64,000 nucleotides of DNA from Bdellovibrionales bacterium. GTDB lineage: Bacteria; Bdellovibrionota; Bdellovibrionia; Bdellovibrionales; UBA1609. Below the pieces are notes generated by a model. The model had not been told where the DNA came from and did no database searches. It was given only the letters and a program-made list of their open reading frames with translations. The stretch covers positions 512,001-576,000 of the forward strand of contig OZ241456.1 of NCBI GenBank assembly GCA_965200875.1. The letters are read 5' to 3'. A program made the position numbers and the translations under genes. This document shows positions 18,395-30,164 of this stretch, piece by piece (the stretch's first letter is position 1; each line of letters begins with the position of its first letter).

Positions 18395-21010
18395 ATGCAG
18401 TTAAAAGAATTTCAAGATTTATGTTTAAAAAAATTGGATTATTATCTTCAGGTTTTAAAGTCAGAATACCTAGAAGAAAAAGAAGTGATAAAATTTTTAC
18501 GGAGTAAAGGGCAAGAGAGACAAATAAAGGAATATTCAGAAAAGACCTGGAAAAAATTGGAGTTTGAAGGAAAACTTCCACACTTTAAAAACACACTTGG
18601 GAAAATACAACCCCTTCCCTATCTCAATAAAAAAGATGGCTTAGCTCACCCCATTCCCAACATACTTTTAAAAGTCCCTACTGGTGGAGGGAAAACCTTG
18701 ATAGCTGTTTTCGCAGTGGAAAGAATAAACTTTGATTATTTTCAAAAAACCACCGGTCTTATTTTATGGATTGTTCCCACAGATGTCATATACAGACAAA
18801 CCTTTTTAAACTTTAAAAACAAATCCCACCCCTATAGACAAATATTGGAAAGAGCAGGAGCTGGAAGAGTTAAAATTTTGGAATGGAGAAAAAATAAAAC
18901 CAATTCTTTTTCTGTACGGGATTTAAAGGAAAACCTTTGTGTGATGTTGTTGATGTTACAATCAGCAAACCGGGAGACCAAGGAATCTTTGCGGGTATTT
19001 AAAGATTCTGGAAAATTTATTGATTTTTTTCCAAAAGCGAGAGATGGGAAAGCCAATGAAAAGCTGATTTCCTATATGGGAAATTTAGACACATATATCG
19101 ATAAAAACCCACTAGGAGGTGGGACGGGTGCTTTTGTTAAACATAGCTTGGGAAATGCCATAAGGCTTGCCCAGCCGATTGTTATTATGGATGAAGGGCA
19201 CAGAGCTTATTCAGATCTGGCCAGAAAAACTTTGTCTGATTTAAACCCTCGATTTATCCTAGAGCTTTCCGCCACTCCCAATATGAAATCTCATAAAAGC
19301 AATGTGTTGGTTAGCATTTCCGGTGTAAAACTAAAAGAGGAAGAAATGATTAAACTTCCTATAAATATTACAAACACAGGAAAAGGGGATTGGAAAAAAA
19401 CCTTATGCCAAGCTTATGATAAATTGCAAGAGTTACAAAAGTTGAGTAAAATAAACTATAAGAAAACCAAAAAATATATTCGCCCCATTATGCTTGTTCA
19501 AGTGGAAAGAACTGGGAAAGATCAAATAGACACAAACTTTGTTCATTCTGAAGATGTTAAGAATTTTCTTATCAGTCGTTTAAAAGTCAGGGAAAGAGAA
19601 ATCAAAATCAAGGTGGCTGAAAAAGATGAGCTAAAGGATGAAAGCCTGTTGAGCCACACTTCCCCAGTGCGATTTATTATCACCAAGCAAGCTTTGCAGG
19701 AAGGTTGGGATTGCCCCTTCGCTTATGTTTTGGCCGTTTTATCCAATAGTCGCTCCAAACAAGCTATGACTCAATTAATAGGTAGGATATTAAGACAGCC
19801 TTATGCTCAAAAAGCGGAAATGGAATCTTTAAACGAAAGCTATGTTTTTTGTTATAACAGGTTGGTTCAGGAAGTAGTCAATGATATTAAAAAAGGTTTG
19901 CAAAAAGAGGGTATGGCCGATCTGACTCACTATATAACCACAAAAGAAACAGCCCTGAAAAAGGTAAAAGTGAACAGAAGACCAACCTTTAAAGATACTA
20001 AAATTTTTCTTCCCAGAGTGTTATGCAAAACTCAGAACAATGTTTGGAGAAATATCATTTATGAAGAGGATATTCTCAAAAATATAGATTTTTCAAAGAT
20101 ATCTTATTCTGAAAAAGAGCGTCTTACCCCTGAAAACATTGACTCTTTACAGGTTGATTCTATTCAAGTGGATATGTCAGATCACGCAAACCAATTTACC
20201 TTGCCTTATGCGACAAAAACTCGATGGGAAAATCAAGGTATGAAAATGGATTATCCATTTATGATAAAAAGACTCAGCCTTTTTATTCCCAACCCTTGGG
20301 AGGCGGTTAGGATTTTGGATGAAACTATAGACAGTTTAAAAGTTAGAAAAATATCAGATGAACAACTTTACTTAAATAGAAATTGGATACTTCGGGCTAT
20401 GGAGCAGGATATAGAAAAGCAAATAGATCGCCTTTCAGAAAAATTGTTTATAAAAAAACTTAAAGCCGGTGACTTGTGTTTTAAAATCTTTAAAAAGAAA
20501 ATTGATATAAATTGGGAGATGAAATCGGATATGGATTTTGTGGTTTCCAGAAGCGATAAAATTTTAAGACGGAGGGATGAAAGCGATTTTCAGCTTTCGT
20601 TGTTTGATAAAACCTATCAATCTCATTACAATGAATTGGAAAAACAAGTGGCCTGGTATTTGGATGAACAATCGGCGGTTAAATGGTGGCACAGGATAGC
20701 AGTAAAGCAAGGTTATCATTTACAAGGTTGGCAGAAGAGAAAAATATACCCTGATTTTCTAGCTTTTATCAGTTCTGAAAACAAAGTAAAAAAACTTTCT
20801 GTTTTGGAGGCAAAAGGTGATCATCTGAAAGGCAATGATGATACAAATTACAAAAAAAAACTCTTTAAAATTTTGGAAAAGCATGCCACAAATGAGATTA
20901 TGAAAGTAGGGGATATGGAAGTTGTTTCAGAGGCAGAACAAAAAATGGTATTTCAAATTCTTATGGAAAACAGATGGCGTGAGGATTTACAGGAAGTTAT
21001 TGAAAAATAA
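18395..21010 (+). CDS. res: Type III R-M restriction subunit Res
   Basis: VPTGGGKT, DEGH, LSATP, LQEGWDCP, QLIGRILR, YPDF...LEAKG nuclease motif; ATG 18395 follows the mod stop. Confidence 0.9.
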   Translation: MQLKEFQDLCLKKLDYYLQVLKSEYLEEKEVIKFLRSKGQERQIKEYSEKTWKKLEFEGKLPHFKNTLGKIQPLPYLNKKDGLAHPIPNILLKVPTGGGKTLIAVFAVERINFDYFQKTTGLILWIVPTDVIYRQTFLNFKNKSHPYRQILERAGAGRVKILEWRKNKTNSFSVRDLKENLCVMLLMLQSANRETKESLRVFKDSGKFIDFFPKARDGKANEKLISYMGNLDTYIDKNPLGGGTGAFVKHSLGNAIRLAQPIVIMDEGHRAYSDLARKTLSDLNPRFILELSATPNMKSHKSNVLVSISGVKLKEEEMIKLPINITNTGKGDWKKTLCQAYDKLQELQKLSKINYKKTKKYIRPIMLVQVERTGKDQIDTNFVHSEDVKNFLISRLKVREREIKIKVAEKDELKDESLLSHTSPVRFIITKQALQEGWDCPFAYVLAVLSNSRSKQAMTQLIGRILRQPYAQKAEMESLNESYVFCYNRLVQEVVNDIKKGLQKEGMADLTHYITTKETALKKVKVNRRPTFKDTKIFLPRVLCKTQNNVWRNIIYEEDILKNIDFSKISYSEKERLTPENIDSLQVDSIQVDMSDHANQFTLPYATKTRWENQGMKMDYPFMIKRLSLFIPNPWEAVRILDETIDSLKVRKISDEQLYLNRNWILRAMEQDIEKQIDRLSEKLFIKKLKAGDLCFKIFKKKIDINWEMKSDMDFVVSRSDKILRRRDESDFQLSLFDKTYQSHYNELEKQVAWYLDEQSAVKWWHRIAVKQGYHLQGWQKRKIYPDFLAFISSENKVKKLSVLEAKGDHLKGNDDTNYKKKLFKILEKHATNEIMKVGDMEVVSEAEQKMVFQILMENRWREDLQEVIEK

Positions 21011-21037
21011 AATATATAGAAAGGTGGAGTATCCTTC

Positions 21038-22321
21038 TTGAGAATATTAGATCCGGTACATAAGTATATTATTTTGTCTGATCGGGAGCGTCCCTTGGTT
21101 GATTCTGTAATATTCCAGAGGCTTCGTTATATTCGACAGCTTGGGTTTGCGGAATTTGCGTTTCCCGGTGCGGTTCATAACCGTTTTTTGCATTCTCTGG
21201 GAGTTTGTCATTTAGCGGGCAGAGCTTTTGATTCCCTTCTGTTTTTGGATGATTTTTTATCCCCTCAAAAGAAAAAAGATTTTCGTCAATTAATCAGAGT
21301 GGTGGCACTTTTGCATGATATAGGTCACGGCCCTTTATCTCATATTTCTGAAACAGCTATGCCTTTGTTGGCAGACCTGTCTCTTCCCTTTAATGATGTG
21401 GAAGAAAAGGATAGCAGGAAAAAAGCCACCCACGAACACTATACAATCAAATGGATTTTGGAGTCTGAAATAAAAAGTATCATTTCCGCTATGGATATTG
21501 ACCCTGAGTGTGTGGCGCATTTGATTGATGATCGAGTTCACTTTTCCCACTTTGATTTTTTTGTTTCAAAAGGGGTGAATTTTAAACCTTTGTTAAAACA
21601 GATTATCAGTTCTGATCTGGATATGGATCGTGTGGATTATACCCGGAGAGATGCTTTTTTCTGTGGGACGGATTATGGATTTTGTGACCATGAGTGGATA
21701 TTAAACAATCTGTGGGTTCATATAAAGGAAGGGCAGGCTTTTCTGGGAATCGGGCAAAAGGCAGTGTACAGTGTGGAAAGTTTCTTTCTGGGCAGAAGGC
21801 ACATGGGACTTGCCATTTATTTTCACAACAAAATGGTGGCAATGGATGAGATGCTTTACCGTTACTTTATGAGTGATGATTGTGACTTTCATATTCCGGT
21901 TTCTTTGGATGCTTATCTGCTCTGTACGGATTCCGCGCTTTTTGAAAACTTAAGAAATGCCTCTCTTAAAAATGAGTGGGCACGCCGAATCACTGAGAAA
22001 AAGCCTTATGAAAAATTTTATGAAATTCAATACACCTGTTTTGAGAAAGAAAAAGAAATGGAGAAATTGCAAAAAGTAAAACTGTTTTTGAAAAAACAGG
22101 ATATTCCTTTTATACATACTAATTCTCTGAATCATGTTAAAAGACTTTACTTTCAGAATATGGATCATTTGCCTTTGTATATTGTGGATGAATCCACAGG
22201 TTCTGCCGTGGCTCTTAGGGAGAGAATGAAAATGTTTAATCAAAAGGAACATGTCCTGATGATGGATCGGATATATATCCCTCCTGAAGAGAGAAAAAAA
22301 GCCACTGGAGATATTACATAG
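21038..22321 (+). CDS. HD-domain phosphohydrolase (dNTPase-like)
   Basis: DPVH, FQRLRYIRQLG, HNRFLHSLGV, LLHDIGHGPLSH, DMDRVDY. Confidence 0.9.
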   Translation: MRILDPVHKYIILSDRERPLVDSVIFQRLRYIRQLGFAEFAFPGAVHNRFLHSLGVCHLAGRAFDSLLFLDDFLSPQKKKDFRQLIRVVALLHDIGHGPLSHISETAMPLLADLSLPFNDVEEKDSRKKATHEHYTIKWILESEIKSIISAMDIDPECVAHLIDDRVHFSHFDFFVSKGVNFKPLLKQIISSDLDMDRVDYTRRDAFFCGTDYGFCDHEWILNNLWVHIKEGQAFLGIGQKAVYSVESFFLGRRHMGLAIYFHNKMVAMDEMLYRYFMSDDCDFHIPVSLDAYLLCTDSALFENLRNASLKNEWARRITEKKPYEKFYEIQYTCFEKEKEMEKLQKVKLFLKKQDIPFIHTNSLNHVKRLYFQNMDHLPLYIVDESTGSAVALRERMKMFNQKEHVLMMDRIYIPPEERKKATGDIT

Positions 22322-22451
22322 TGGTCCGTGAAAAAGTATATTTTCTTAAGGAAAAAGGATGAAACATTTCCTTAAAAGAATATGTGTGGCATTATGTTTT
22401 GTTCACCAATTGTGTGTTGGGAAGTTTATCGAAAAAAACTAGGAAAAGAAT

Positions 22452-24287
22452 ATGTGTGGCATTATGGGGTATATGGGTTTTCGGAACTCAAAAGAGGTTT
22501 TGCTAAACGGGCTGAAAACCATTCAGTATCGTGGTTATGACAGCATGGGCCTAGCAGTGGCTTTAGATAGTGGCTTCAAAAGGATCCGATCTGTTGGAGA
22601 TATTGAATGTTTGCGAAAAAAAGTGGAGGAGGAGAATGGAAATTTTTCCAGTTCTTGGGGTTTGGCTCACAGCAGATGGGCCACACATGGAGCACCTACG
22701 GAAAAAAATGCGCATCCTCACAAAGCGGAGCATATTTATATTGTGCATAACGGGATTATCGAAAATGCAGAGGAACTAAAAAAACAATTGCCTTATTCTT
22801 TTGTTTCTGAAACGGATTCGGAAGTGGTTGCATATTGTTTGTTGGATTCTTATAAAAAAAACAGCTCCTTGAAAGAGGCGGTGTTCGATACTATATCTCG
22901 GATAAAAGGTGAATATGCTATCGTGGCTCTGTCTGAAAAAAATCCCAAAGAATTTTTTGCCTTTAAAAAAGGACCTTCTTTGTTAATAGGTATGGGAGAA
23001 AAAGAAATATTTGTATGTAGCGATGTGCAAGGCATTCTTCCTTATACGAATAAAATATTTTTTTTAAACGATGGAGAAATAGCTCATATTAAAGATGGAA
23101 AGGTGTTGAGTTTTTATTCTGAAAAAAAAGAAAAAATTAAAAAAAATGTTACAACATTAAAAGTCCCGGCAGATAATACGAATAAACAAGGTTATCCTCA
23201 TTATATGTTGAAGGAAATTTATGAACAACCGGATTGTGTTGCAAAACTGATTCAGCAAAATATAAATACAGGAAAGCTCGCGGTGGAGCTGAATATAGAT
23301 GGAAAATCTGATATTTTGGATCAAATCCTTCAGGAAAGAAGACTCAGCATTGTAGCTTGCGGTAGTAGTTACTATGCGGCACTTTACGGAAAGTACATTA
23401 TTGAAAAACTAAGCCGTATTGCTGTGGAAGTGGATATGGCGAGTGAATTTCGTTATCGATCTCCTGTTCTTCCAGATCGCGCACCGGTTATGTTGATTTC
23501 TCAAAGTGGGGAAACTGCGGACACCCTAGCAGTATTGAAAATGGTGCAGTCTCTAAGTTTGCCGGTGTTAAGTTTGTGTAATGTGGTTCATTCCTCTTTA
23601 GATAGAGGATCTACTGCCAAACTGTATATGCACTCCGGGGTGGAGAAGGGAGTTGCCAGCACCAAGGCTTTTACCTCCACTTTGGTTGTTTTATTTTTGC
23701 TGGCTTTGTTTCTAAGCCGGAAGAATAAAAAGATTAGCTCTTCTAGGGAGACAAAGCTTATTCAGTCTTTGTTTGCTCTACCTTCTCTTATGGAGGAAAT
23801 TTTATCTTGCGAGCGAGAATATGTGTCTGTGTCTCATTTGGCAAAGCCCCTTAAAAGCTTTATATACCTCGGCAGGGATATGTATTATCCTTTGGCTTTA
23901 GAAGGTGCTTTAAAGATGAAAGAGCTGACTTACAGGCATGGTTCAGCTTACCCGGCTGGGGAGATGAAACACGGTCCTTTAGCTTTAGTGGATAAAGATA
24001 TGTTGGTGGTGGGGCTTTTACCTCAATCACAGGTGCGTAAAAAAACACTGACAAATTTAGAGGAAGTACGTTGCAGAGGAGGAGAGCTGATTGTGATTGG
24101 TGCAAAAGGGGATCAGGAGGCAAAAGCTCTTTCTAGGCAGTTTTTATCTGTGCCTTCCTGTAATGAATATTTATTCGCGATTTTGTGTGCTTTGCCACTT
24201 CAGTTAATGGCTTATCATACAGCCTTCTCTTTAGGACACAATGTGGATCAGCCTAGAAATCTGGCCAAATCTGTTACTGTGGAATAA
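22452..24287 (+). CDS. glmS: Glutamine--fructose-6-phosphate aminotransferase
   Basis: MCGI start, HSRWATHG, SQSGETADT, PRNLAKSVTVE end. Confidence 0.98.
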   Translation: MCGIMGYMGFRNSKEVLLNGLKTIQYRGYDSMGLAVALDSGFKRIRSVGDIECLRKKVEEENGNFSSSWGLAHSRWATHGAPTEKNAHPHKAEHIYIVHNGIIENAEELKKQLPYSFVSETDSEVVAYCLLDSYKKNSSLKEAVFDTISRIKGEYAIVALSEKNPKEFFAFKKGPSLLIGMGEKEIFVCSDVQGILPYTNKIFFLNDGEIAHIKDGKVLSFYSEKKEKIKKNVTTLKVPADNTNKQGYPHYMLKEIYEQPDCVAKLIQQNINTGKLAVELNIDGKSDILDQILQERRLSIVACGSSYYAALYGKYIIEKLSRIAVEVDMASEFRYRSPVLPDRAPVMLISQSGETADTLAVLKMVQSLSLPVLSLCNVVHSSLDRGSTAKLYMHSGVEKGVASTKAFTSTLVVLFLLALFLSRKNKKISSSRETKLIQSLFALPSLMEEILSCEREYVSVSHLAKPLKSFIYLGRDMYYPLALEGALKMKELTYRHGSAYPAGEMKHGPLALVDKDMLVVGLLPQSQVRKKTLTNLEEVRCRGGELIVIGAKGDQEAKALSRQFLSVPSCNEYLFAILCALPLQLMAYHTAFSLGHNVDQPRNLAKSVTVE

Positions 24288-24299
24288 AGTTTTATATTA

Positions 24300-24800
24300 T
24301 TAGGGGTTTGAAGAACAAGAAAATACTTTTATTTTGTGAATAAGCCATTTTTTTTCTTTTATCCAATTTATCAGAGAATTACAGGATAGTTTTTTATTTC
24401 CTTGAGTGGCTTTTACGGTAAAGCTTACTTCAGCTGTTTTGTTTTCTTCTGATTTTGATATGGTGACATTCAATTCTTTTGCTGATGGTATGTTTATACG
24501 CCAATTTTTATCCGGTTGCTTGAAATAACCAGCTAAGGCAGATCGTAAATTTGCCAAGGACTGATTTTTGTAAAAGTATTGTTCTGTTTTAACTTCATAT
24601 TCCACAGAGAAGTGCATATACTTTGCTATTTCATGTATTTTTCTGAACATAGTGGCTGTTGAAGAAGGAGTGGAGGAAGGGGACACTATGTGAAGGAGTT
24701 TTATCGTGTGCTTTTTAAGATATTTTTCATCATTTTGGAAAAGCACAAAAGAACCAGCGATTAGAAGAGCTATAAAACAAATGACATATATATTTTTCAT
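24300..24800 (-). CDS. Hypothetical membrane-anchored protein
   Basis: 166-aa ORF with an N-terminal hydrophobic helix. Confidence 0.6.
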   Translation of the reverse strand: MKNIYVICFIALLIAGSFVLFQNDEKYLKKHTIKLLHIVSPSSTPSSTATMFRKIHEIAKYMHFSVEYEVKTEQYFYKNQSLANLRSALAGYFKQPDKNWRINIPSAKELNVTISKSEENKTAEVSFTVKATQGNKKLSCNSLINWIKEKKWLIHKIKVFSCSSNP

Positions 24801-24929
24801 TTTTTATATCTTTATGGTATTCCATATTACCTTTGCAGTCAAATAGTCTTAGTTCATGGAAAAATTATTTGATTTTTTAATCAGAGGAAGTGTATAAAAA
24901 AGGAAAAACAGTTTTAGGAGGAAGAGTAA

Positions 24930-25691
24930 GTGAGCTTAAAACAGAAACTGAAAAATTTTTTCGATATTCCGCTTATCGTAATTGTGTGCGCTATTTTAGT
25001 GTTTCGATGGGCATTTTTTGAGCCTTATGTTATTCCTTCAGGTAGTATGATCCCCTCTTTGCTGATACATGATCATATTGTTGTAAATAAATTTCATTAT
25101 GGCTTGCGTGTTCCTTTTTCCAAAAAATGGCTTTGGAATCGCTCAAATCCTGAACGAGGTGATGTGGTTGTTTTCAGACCGGTTGAAAAAGAAAAGAAAA
25201 AAGGTATGAGATTCATGGTGAAAAGAGTTGTGGGTTTACCTGGAGATAAAATTTACATTGATGATAAAAAGCAATTATGGATTAACGGGGATTTAGTAAA
25301 GAGAACGGACTTAAAGGGTCCAGGGGGTGGAGAAACCTTTTATTCTTTAAAAGAGCGGGATTTAGGGGCTAATTTTTCAGATTATCGTTTTTATTCAGAA
25401 ACAGCAAAAAATGGGCGCGCTTATCGTATTATTTTTAAAGCCGAGGATTTTTCTACACTGGGGTTAGGGGGGCGCACAGATTTTGAGGTGCCAGCAGGTG
25501 CTGTTTTCGTGATGGGGGATAACAGGGATAATTCTAGTGATTCCCGGCGTTGGGATTATTTGCCGATTAATAATATTATGGGAAAAGCCACTCTCATTTG
25601 GCTTAGTTGTGATGAGACATTTTTTAATCTGCCGGTTTTATGTCACCTTGATAAAATCAGATTACAGCGTCTGCTCAAAAAAATATTTTAA
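24930..25691 (+). CDS. lepB: Signal peptidase I
   Basis: IPSGSMIPSL, RGDVVVF, VKRVVGLPGD, GDNRDNSSDSR. Confidence 0.97.
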   Translation: MSLKQKLKNFFDIPLIVIVCAILVFRWAFFEPYVIPSGSMIPSLLIHDHIVVNKFHYGLRVPFSKKWLWNRSNPERGDVVVFRPVEKEKKKGMRFMVKRVVGLPGDKIYIDDKKQLWINGDLVKRTDLKGPGGGETFYSLKERDLGANFSDYRFYSETAKNGRAYRIIFKAEDFSTLGLGGRTDFEVPAGAVFVMGDNRDNSSDSRRWDYLPINNIMGKATLIWLSCDETFFNLPVLCHLDKIRLQRLLKKIF

Positions 25692-25709
25692 ACCATCGTT
25701 GACAACTGA

Positions 25710-27743
25710 TTAAGTGGTAATAGGTTTTGGATCTCCAATAGGTTTCATAGAAGATTTTTCTTTTTCTTTGTCTTTTGGTTTTATTTTCTGAGCGGATTCT
25801 CTTCTTTCCTGTTCTAGCTTTAAATTATGTTCTTTACGATGTTTTTCCAGATCATCTAAACCAGCTCCTCCGATGATCATATCCACTTCTTCACCACTTA
25901 TGGTTTCGTATTTTAGTAAAGCTTTTGCCATTATTTTCAGAATTTTTTTATGCGCTTTTAAAATATCCAAAGCTTGTTTATGTGCAGAGCTGATGAGGCG
26001 ATACACTTCCTGATCCACCTCTTTCGCTTTAGCCTCGGAATACTCTCTGCCTTTTGTGTACTGAATACCCAAATAAACAGGCCCTTCTCTTTTCTCCAAA
26101 GCCAAGGGGCCTAATTTTTCGCTCATACCCCATTCACACACCATACGCCGGGCCAGCTCTGTGGCCTTTTCAATGTCGTTTCCGGCACCAGTGGTGTAAT
26201 CCTTGAAAATTAACTCCTCCGCCGCTCTTCCTCCGAACAGAAAAGCCAAGGTATTTTCCGCTTTGCTTTTGCTTAAATTCAGTGTGTCTTCCTTGGGAAG
26301 AGTTTGTGTCAATCCCAAAGCCATCCCACGGGGAATGATAGTTACTTTATGAACAGGATCCAGGTTAGGAAGCTTTCTTCCCACAAGAGTATGTCCTGCC
26401 TCGTGGTAGGCTGTAATTTCCCGATCTTTTTCGCTAATAACCATAGATCGTCTTTCTCTTCCCATAATAACTTTGTCTTTGGCTTTTTCGATATCAGACA
26501 TTTCAATTTGGTTTTTATCAAGTCGAGCGGCCATAAGAGCAGATTCATTTATCAGATTTTCCAAATCCGCCCCGGAAAAACCCGGTGTTCCTCTTGCTAT
26601 TTTTTCCAATTCCACATGATTGGAAAGAGGTACATTTTTTGTATGCACTTTTAAAATTTCATGTCGACCTTTTAGATCGGGAATATTCACCACCACCCGC
26701 CGATCAAAACGGCCTGGTCTCAATAAGGCTGGATCCAACACATCAGGTCTGTTTGTGGCTGCGATTAAAATAATTCCCGTTTGACTTTCAAATCCGTCCA
26801 TTTCCACTAAAAGCTGATTTAATGTTTGTTCTCTTTCATCATGTCCTCCACCCATGCCAGAACCGCGATGTCTGCCTACAGCATCAATTTCATCCACAAA
26901 AATTACACACGGCGCGCTCTTTTTGCCTTGTAAAAAAAGGTCTCTTACTCTGGAGGCTCCTACCCCTACAAACATTTCCACAAAATCAGAACCGGAAATA
27001 GTAAAAAAAGGTACATTGGCCTCTCCCGCCACGGCTTTGGCCAAAAGAGTTTTACCAGTGCCAGGCGATCCTATTAACAAAACACCTTTTGGAATACGAC
27101 CACCTAATCGGGTAAATTTTTTCGGATTTTTTAAAAATTCCACGACTTCCTGTAGCTCTTCTTTGGCTTCTTCCACTCCAGCCACATTCTTAAAGAGAAT
27201 TTTTTTTCTGTCTGATACCAATCGCGCCCGGCTTTTTCCAAAGGCCAAAGCTTTTCCCCCTCCAATTTGAATTTGACGAATGAAAAAAATAATAAAAGCC
27301 ACGAAGATTAAAATAGGCAACCAGCTCAATAGAAACGCCGTCCAAAAAGAATTGTCTGTATTTACATAGTCAGGAGTGATTCCTGTTTGTTGCAATAGTT
27401 CAAATCCTTTATCTTCAACATTGCCGTAAATGCGAAATTTTTTGCCTTCATATTTTTTCTCTCCAGCAGGAGTCAACTCTCCTGTGATCTCCTGTTTGGT
27501 TTTGTTGAAAATTATGGAATCTGCTTTTACTTCCCCTGCTTTAACAGCTTCAATAAATTTTGGATAGTTAAAGTCGGAAGCATAAGGACTGCGCCGATAT
27601 TCATAGATTTGAAAAAATATCAAACCGATTGCCAAAAAAGACAGCCACAGTAAAAACACTTTTTTTCCGGAAGATTTCATCATTTTTCGTCTGTCTTTTA
27701 GAGGTTTCATTTTTATTTTCCTTATTAAAAAAAGTTTCTCCAA
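25710..27743 (-). CDS. ftsH: ATP-dependent zinc metalloprotease FtsH (true start probably 27710 or 27683)
   Basis: Two TM helices, [29 protein letters not shown]. Confidence 0.98.
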   Translation of the reverse strand: MEKLFLIRKIKMKPLKDRRKMMKSSGKKVFLLWLSFLAIGLIFFQIYEYRRSPYASDFNYPKFIEAVKAGEVKADSIIFNKTKQEITGELTPAGEKKYEGKKFRIYGNVEDKGFELLQQTGITPDYVNTDNSFWTAFLLSWLPILIFVAFIIFFIRQIQIGGGKALAFGKSRARLVSDRKKILFKNVAGVEEAKEELQEVVEFLKNPKKFTRLGGRIPKGVLLIGSPGTGKTLLAKAVAGEANVPFFTISGSDFVEMFVGVGASRVRDLFLQGKKSAPCVIFVDEIDAVGRHRGSGMGGGHDEREQTLNQLLVEMDGFESQTGIILIAATNRPDVLDPALLRPGRFDRRVVVNIPDLKGRHEILKVHTKNVPLSNHVELEKIARGTPGFSGADLENLINESALMAARLDKNQIEMSDIEKAKDKVIMGRERRSMVISEKDREITAYHEAGHTLVGRKLPNLDPVHKVTIIPRGMALGLTQTLPKEDTLNLSKSKAENTLAFLFGGRAAEELIFKDYTTGAGNDIEKATELARRMVCEWGMSEKLGPLALEKREGPVYLGIQYTKGREYSEAKAKEVDQEVYRLISSAHKQALDILKAHKKILKIMAKALLKYETISGEEVDMIIGGAGLDDLEKHRKEHNLKLEQERRESAQKIKPKDKEKEKSSMKPIGDPKPITT

Positions 27744-27764
27744 ATTATTGACTGATAGTTTTTA

Positions 27765-28940
27765 TCAGGCTTTTTTGTATGTTAATTTTTCTTGTCTGTT
27801 TTTCACAGAGCTTTCATTATTTTTCTTTTTTTCCAGTGAAATCCACTGAGCATCCATTTTCCAAGTTTGTCCAAGCAGGGAGAAGCGGAATTTTTTTTGA
27901 GGTCTGCTTATATGCTTTAGCAATTCCAGTATATGTGATGTGCGATAATTTTTAAAGCCTTGTTGTTTCACATAATAGGCTAAAATTTTTTGTCTGTCCA
28001 CAACGGAAAAGATGGAAATTATGTCTCTCCTTAAGGAGTGAGTTTTAATCAATCCCTGATATATTGTTTTTATCCTTTTTTGGCTTTTTTGTGCTTGGTG
28101 GGACATCAAATCTAAAGATTTGGATAAAGCTTTTACAGAACCGGGTCTTTTTTCTTCCAGAAGTGGCAACCATTTTTGTCGAATCCAGTTTCTAAAACTG
28201 TATTCTGTAGATTGGTTACTGGGATCTTCACACCATTTTAATTTTGTTTTTCTGGCATAATCCATAATTTGAAAGCGATTAATGTGGATAAAAGGCCGAA
28301 TAAGTTTGTGATTTTTAAAAGACATGGCTTTTAAACCTTGTTCTCCTGTTCCACGAATAAGCCGGATCAAACGGGTTTCCAATAAATCGTCCGCCGTATG
28401 AGCTAATAATAGATAATCCGCTTTTGATTTTTTCAGGCAATCGGAAAACGCTTGATAACGATGTTTTCTCATTTCTGCTTCAGATAATTTTTTAATACTT
28501 GGTTTCAAAACATTATGTTTTTTTTGTCCTGTTTTGCCTTCAATTATAATGGGTTTTGTCGCGCATGTCCAATTTGACATCGGTTTTTTTTGTCCTGTTT
28601 TGCCTTTGTTTAAGTGTGAATGTTCAGGAGGTAGAGACCTTTCGTTTTGTTCAAAACGCGCTTGGTGTAAATTTGTTTGCATTAAATCCTGCCAAAAACT
28701 TTTTACAGTTTTCACTGAGTGATCTTGGAATTGTCTTTGATTTTTATCTTTTGCACCATGATGGACATGTATAACAGAAATATGCAAATTTAAAATATTT
28801 CTAACTTCCCACAAAACAGAAAGCAATGTCATTGAATCCACGCCTCCTGATACAGCAACTAAGAGGTGTTTGTTTGTTAATTTCCTGATTTGAAATTGTT
28901 TCAATAAATAATGAAACAAAAAATGTTTTGATTTTTTCAT
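27765..28940 (-). CDS. tilS: tRNA(Ile)-lysidine synthetase
   Basis: [11 protein letters not shown]-loop, [19 protein letters not shown]; tilS-ftsH synteny. Confidence 0.95.
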   Translation of the reverse strand: MKKSKHFLFHYLLKQFQIRKLTNKHLLVAVSGGVDSMTLLSVLWEVRNILNLHISVIHVHHGAKDKNQRQFQDHSVKTVKSFWQDLMQTNLHQARFEQNERSLPPEHSHLNKGKTGQKKPMSNWTCATKPIIIEGKTGQKKHNVLKPSIKKLSEAEMRKHRYQAFSDCLKKSKADYLLLAHTADDLLETRLIRLIRGTGEQGLKAMSFKNHKLIRPFIHINRFQIMDYARKTKLKWCEDPSNQSTEYSFRNWIRQKWLPLLEEKRPGSVKALSKSLDLMSHQAQKSQKRIKTIYQGLIKTHSLRRDIISIFSVVDRQKILAYYVKQQGFKNYRTSHILELLKHISRPQKKFRFSLLGQTWKMDAQWISLEKKKNNESSVKNRQEKLTYKKA

Positions 28941-29125
28941 CTAGGTTGGTTTCGGGCAATAATAACTTGTCTATTTTTATACCATCCACAGGAAAGACAC
29001 AGGCAATGAGGCTGGGTAAGTGCTCCACAGTTGAAACATTTTCCTGGATTTTTTGGTTTTATGGCACTATGAGCGCGTCTCATTCCTCTTCTGGATCGGC
29101 TGATTCTACTTTTAGGCTCTGCCAT
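28937..29125 (-). CDS. rpmF: 50S ribosomal protein L32 (Zn-ribbon form)
   Basis: [23 protein letters not shown] and CLSC. Confidence 0.95.
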   Translation of the reverse strand: MAEPKSRISRSRRGMRRAHSAIKPKNPGKCFNCGALTQPHCLCLSCGWYKNRQVIIARNQPR

Positions 29126-29375
29126 TTTTTACCTCTTTGTTTTATGAAACCTGTATCATTTATTTGCTTTTTTACTGATAAAATCAGGTAAAATCAAGTA
29201 TTGTTTTTTGAAGTTATTGAAAATTTCTCCGAGGTTAAAATGGGTTTCCATGCGACTTGTCAGGGAAAAGTGTAAGAACATAGTTGATTTATTTGGTTTA
29301 TTGCGTTATTTTTAAAGGAATTTCGTTTTTGGAGAGCATAAATAGTGATTATACAGGTTCAAAAGGGAGGAATAC

Positions 29376-30164
29376 ATGAGATGCCATAAAGTAGATTATG
29401 AAATTTTAGGTGATGATCTGCAAGTTGTGGAAGTAGAGCTGGATCAGCACGAAACTGTGATAGCTGAAGCAGGAGCCATGAACTATATGGATGAAGGTGT
29501 TTCTTTCACAGCAAAAATGGGGGATGGTTCCAATCCAGAAGCGGGATTTTTTGATAAAATGCTTGGGGTGGGGAAACGTGTCCTCACCGGAGAGTCTTTG
29601 TTTTTAACACATTTTACGAATCAGGCTCGGGAAAAGCAAAGAGTATCTTTTTCTGCTCCCTATCCAGGAAAAATACTTCCTTTGGACATGAGTCAATATG
29701 GAAATGAAGTGATTTGTCAAAAAGATGCGTTTCTTGCGGCGGCCTTTGGTACTCAAGTCAGCATTACTTTTCGAAAAAACATAATGGCTGGTTTTTTTGG
29801 AGGAGAAGGTTTTATTTTGCAAAAAATAAAAGGAGATGGATTGGCTTTTTTACATGGCGGAGGAACTATTGTTCGAAAACAGCTTATGGGAAACACATTA
29901 AGAGTGGATACCGGATGTCTAATGGCCTTTACTAGGGGAATTGAGTATTCCATTGAACGGGCGGGAAACATAAAATCCATGATTTTTGGAGGAGAAGGGT
30001 TGTTTTTGGCCACTCTTAAAGGACAAGGAGCTGTCTGGCTTCATAGTTTGCCTTTTTCCCGATTGGCAGAAAGAATTTTAAGAAACGCACCTTCTGAGGG
30101 AGGTCGTCAAATGGGTGAAGGTTCTTTATTAGGATCGGCAGGAAAAGTCTTTGAAAGAATATAA
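29376..30164 (+). CDS. TIGR00266/AIM24 family protein
   Basis: [43 protein letters not shown]. Confidence 0.92.
   Translation: MRCHKVDYEILGDDLQVVEVELDQHETVIAEAGAMNYMDEGVSFTAKMGDGSNPEAGFFDKMLGVGKRVLTGESLFLTHFTNQAREKQRVSFSAPYPGKILPLDMSQYGNEVICQKDAFLAAAFGTQVSITFRKNIMAGFFGGEGFILQKIKGDGLAFLHGGGTIVRKQLMGNTLRVDTGCLMAFTRGIEYSIERAGNIKSMIFGGEGLFLATLKGQGAVWLHSLPFSRLAERILRNAPSEGGRQMGEGSLLGSAGKVFERI

Noticed and set aside
22322..22451. glmS ribozyme
   Set aside because: The region is short and AT-rich, without recognisable ribozyme core or stems
24240..24330. Tn7 insertion at attTn7 downstream of glmS
   Set aside because: No Tn7-like end or tns genes; a convergent gene ends 12 nt after the glmS stop
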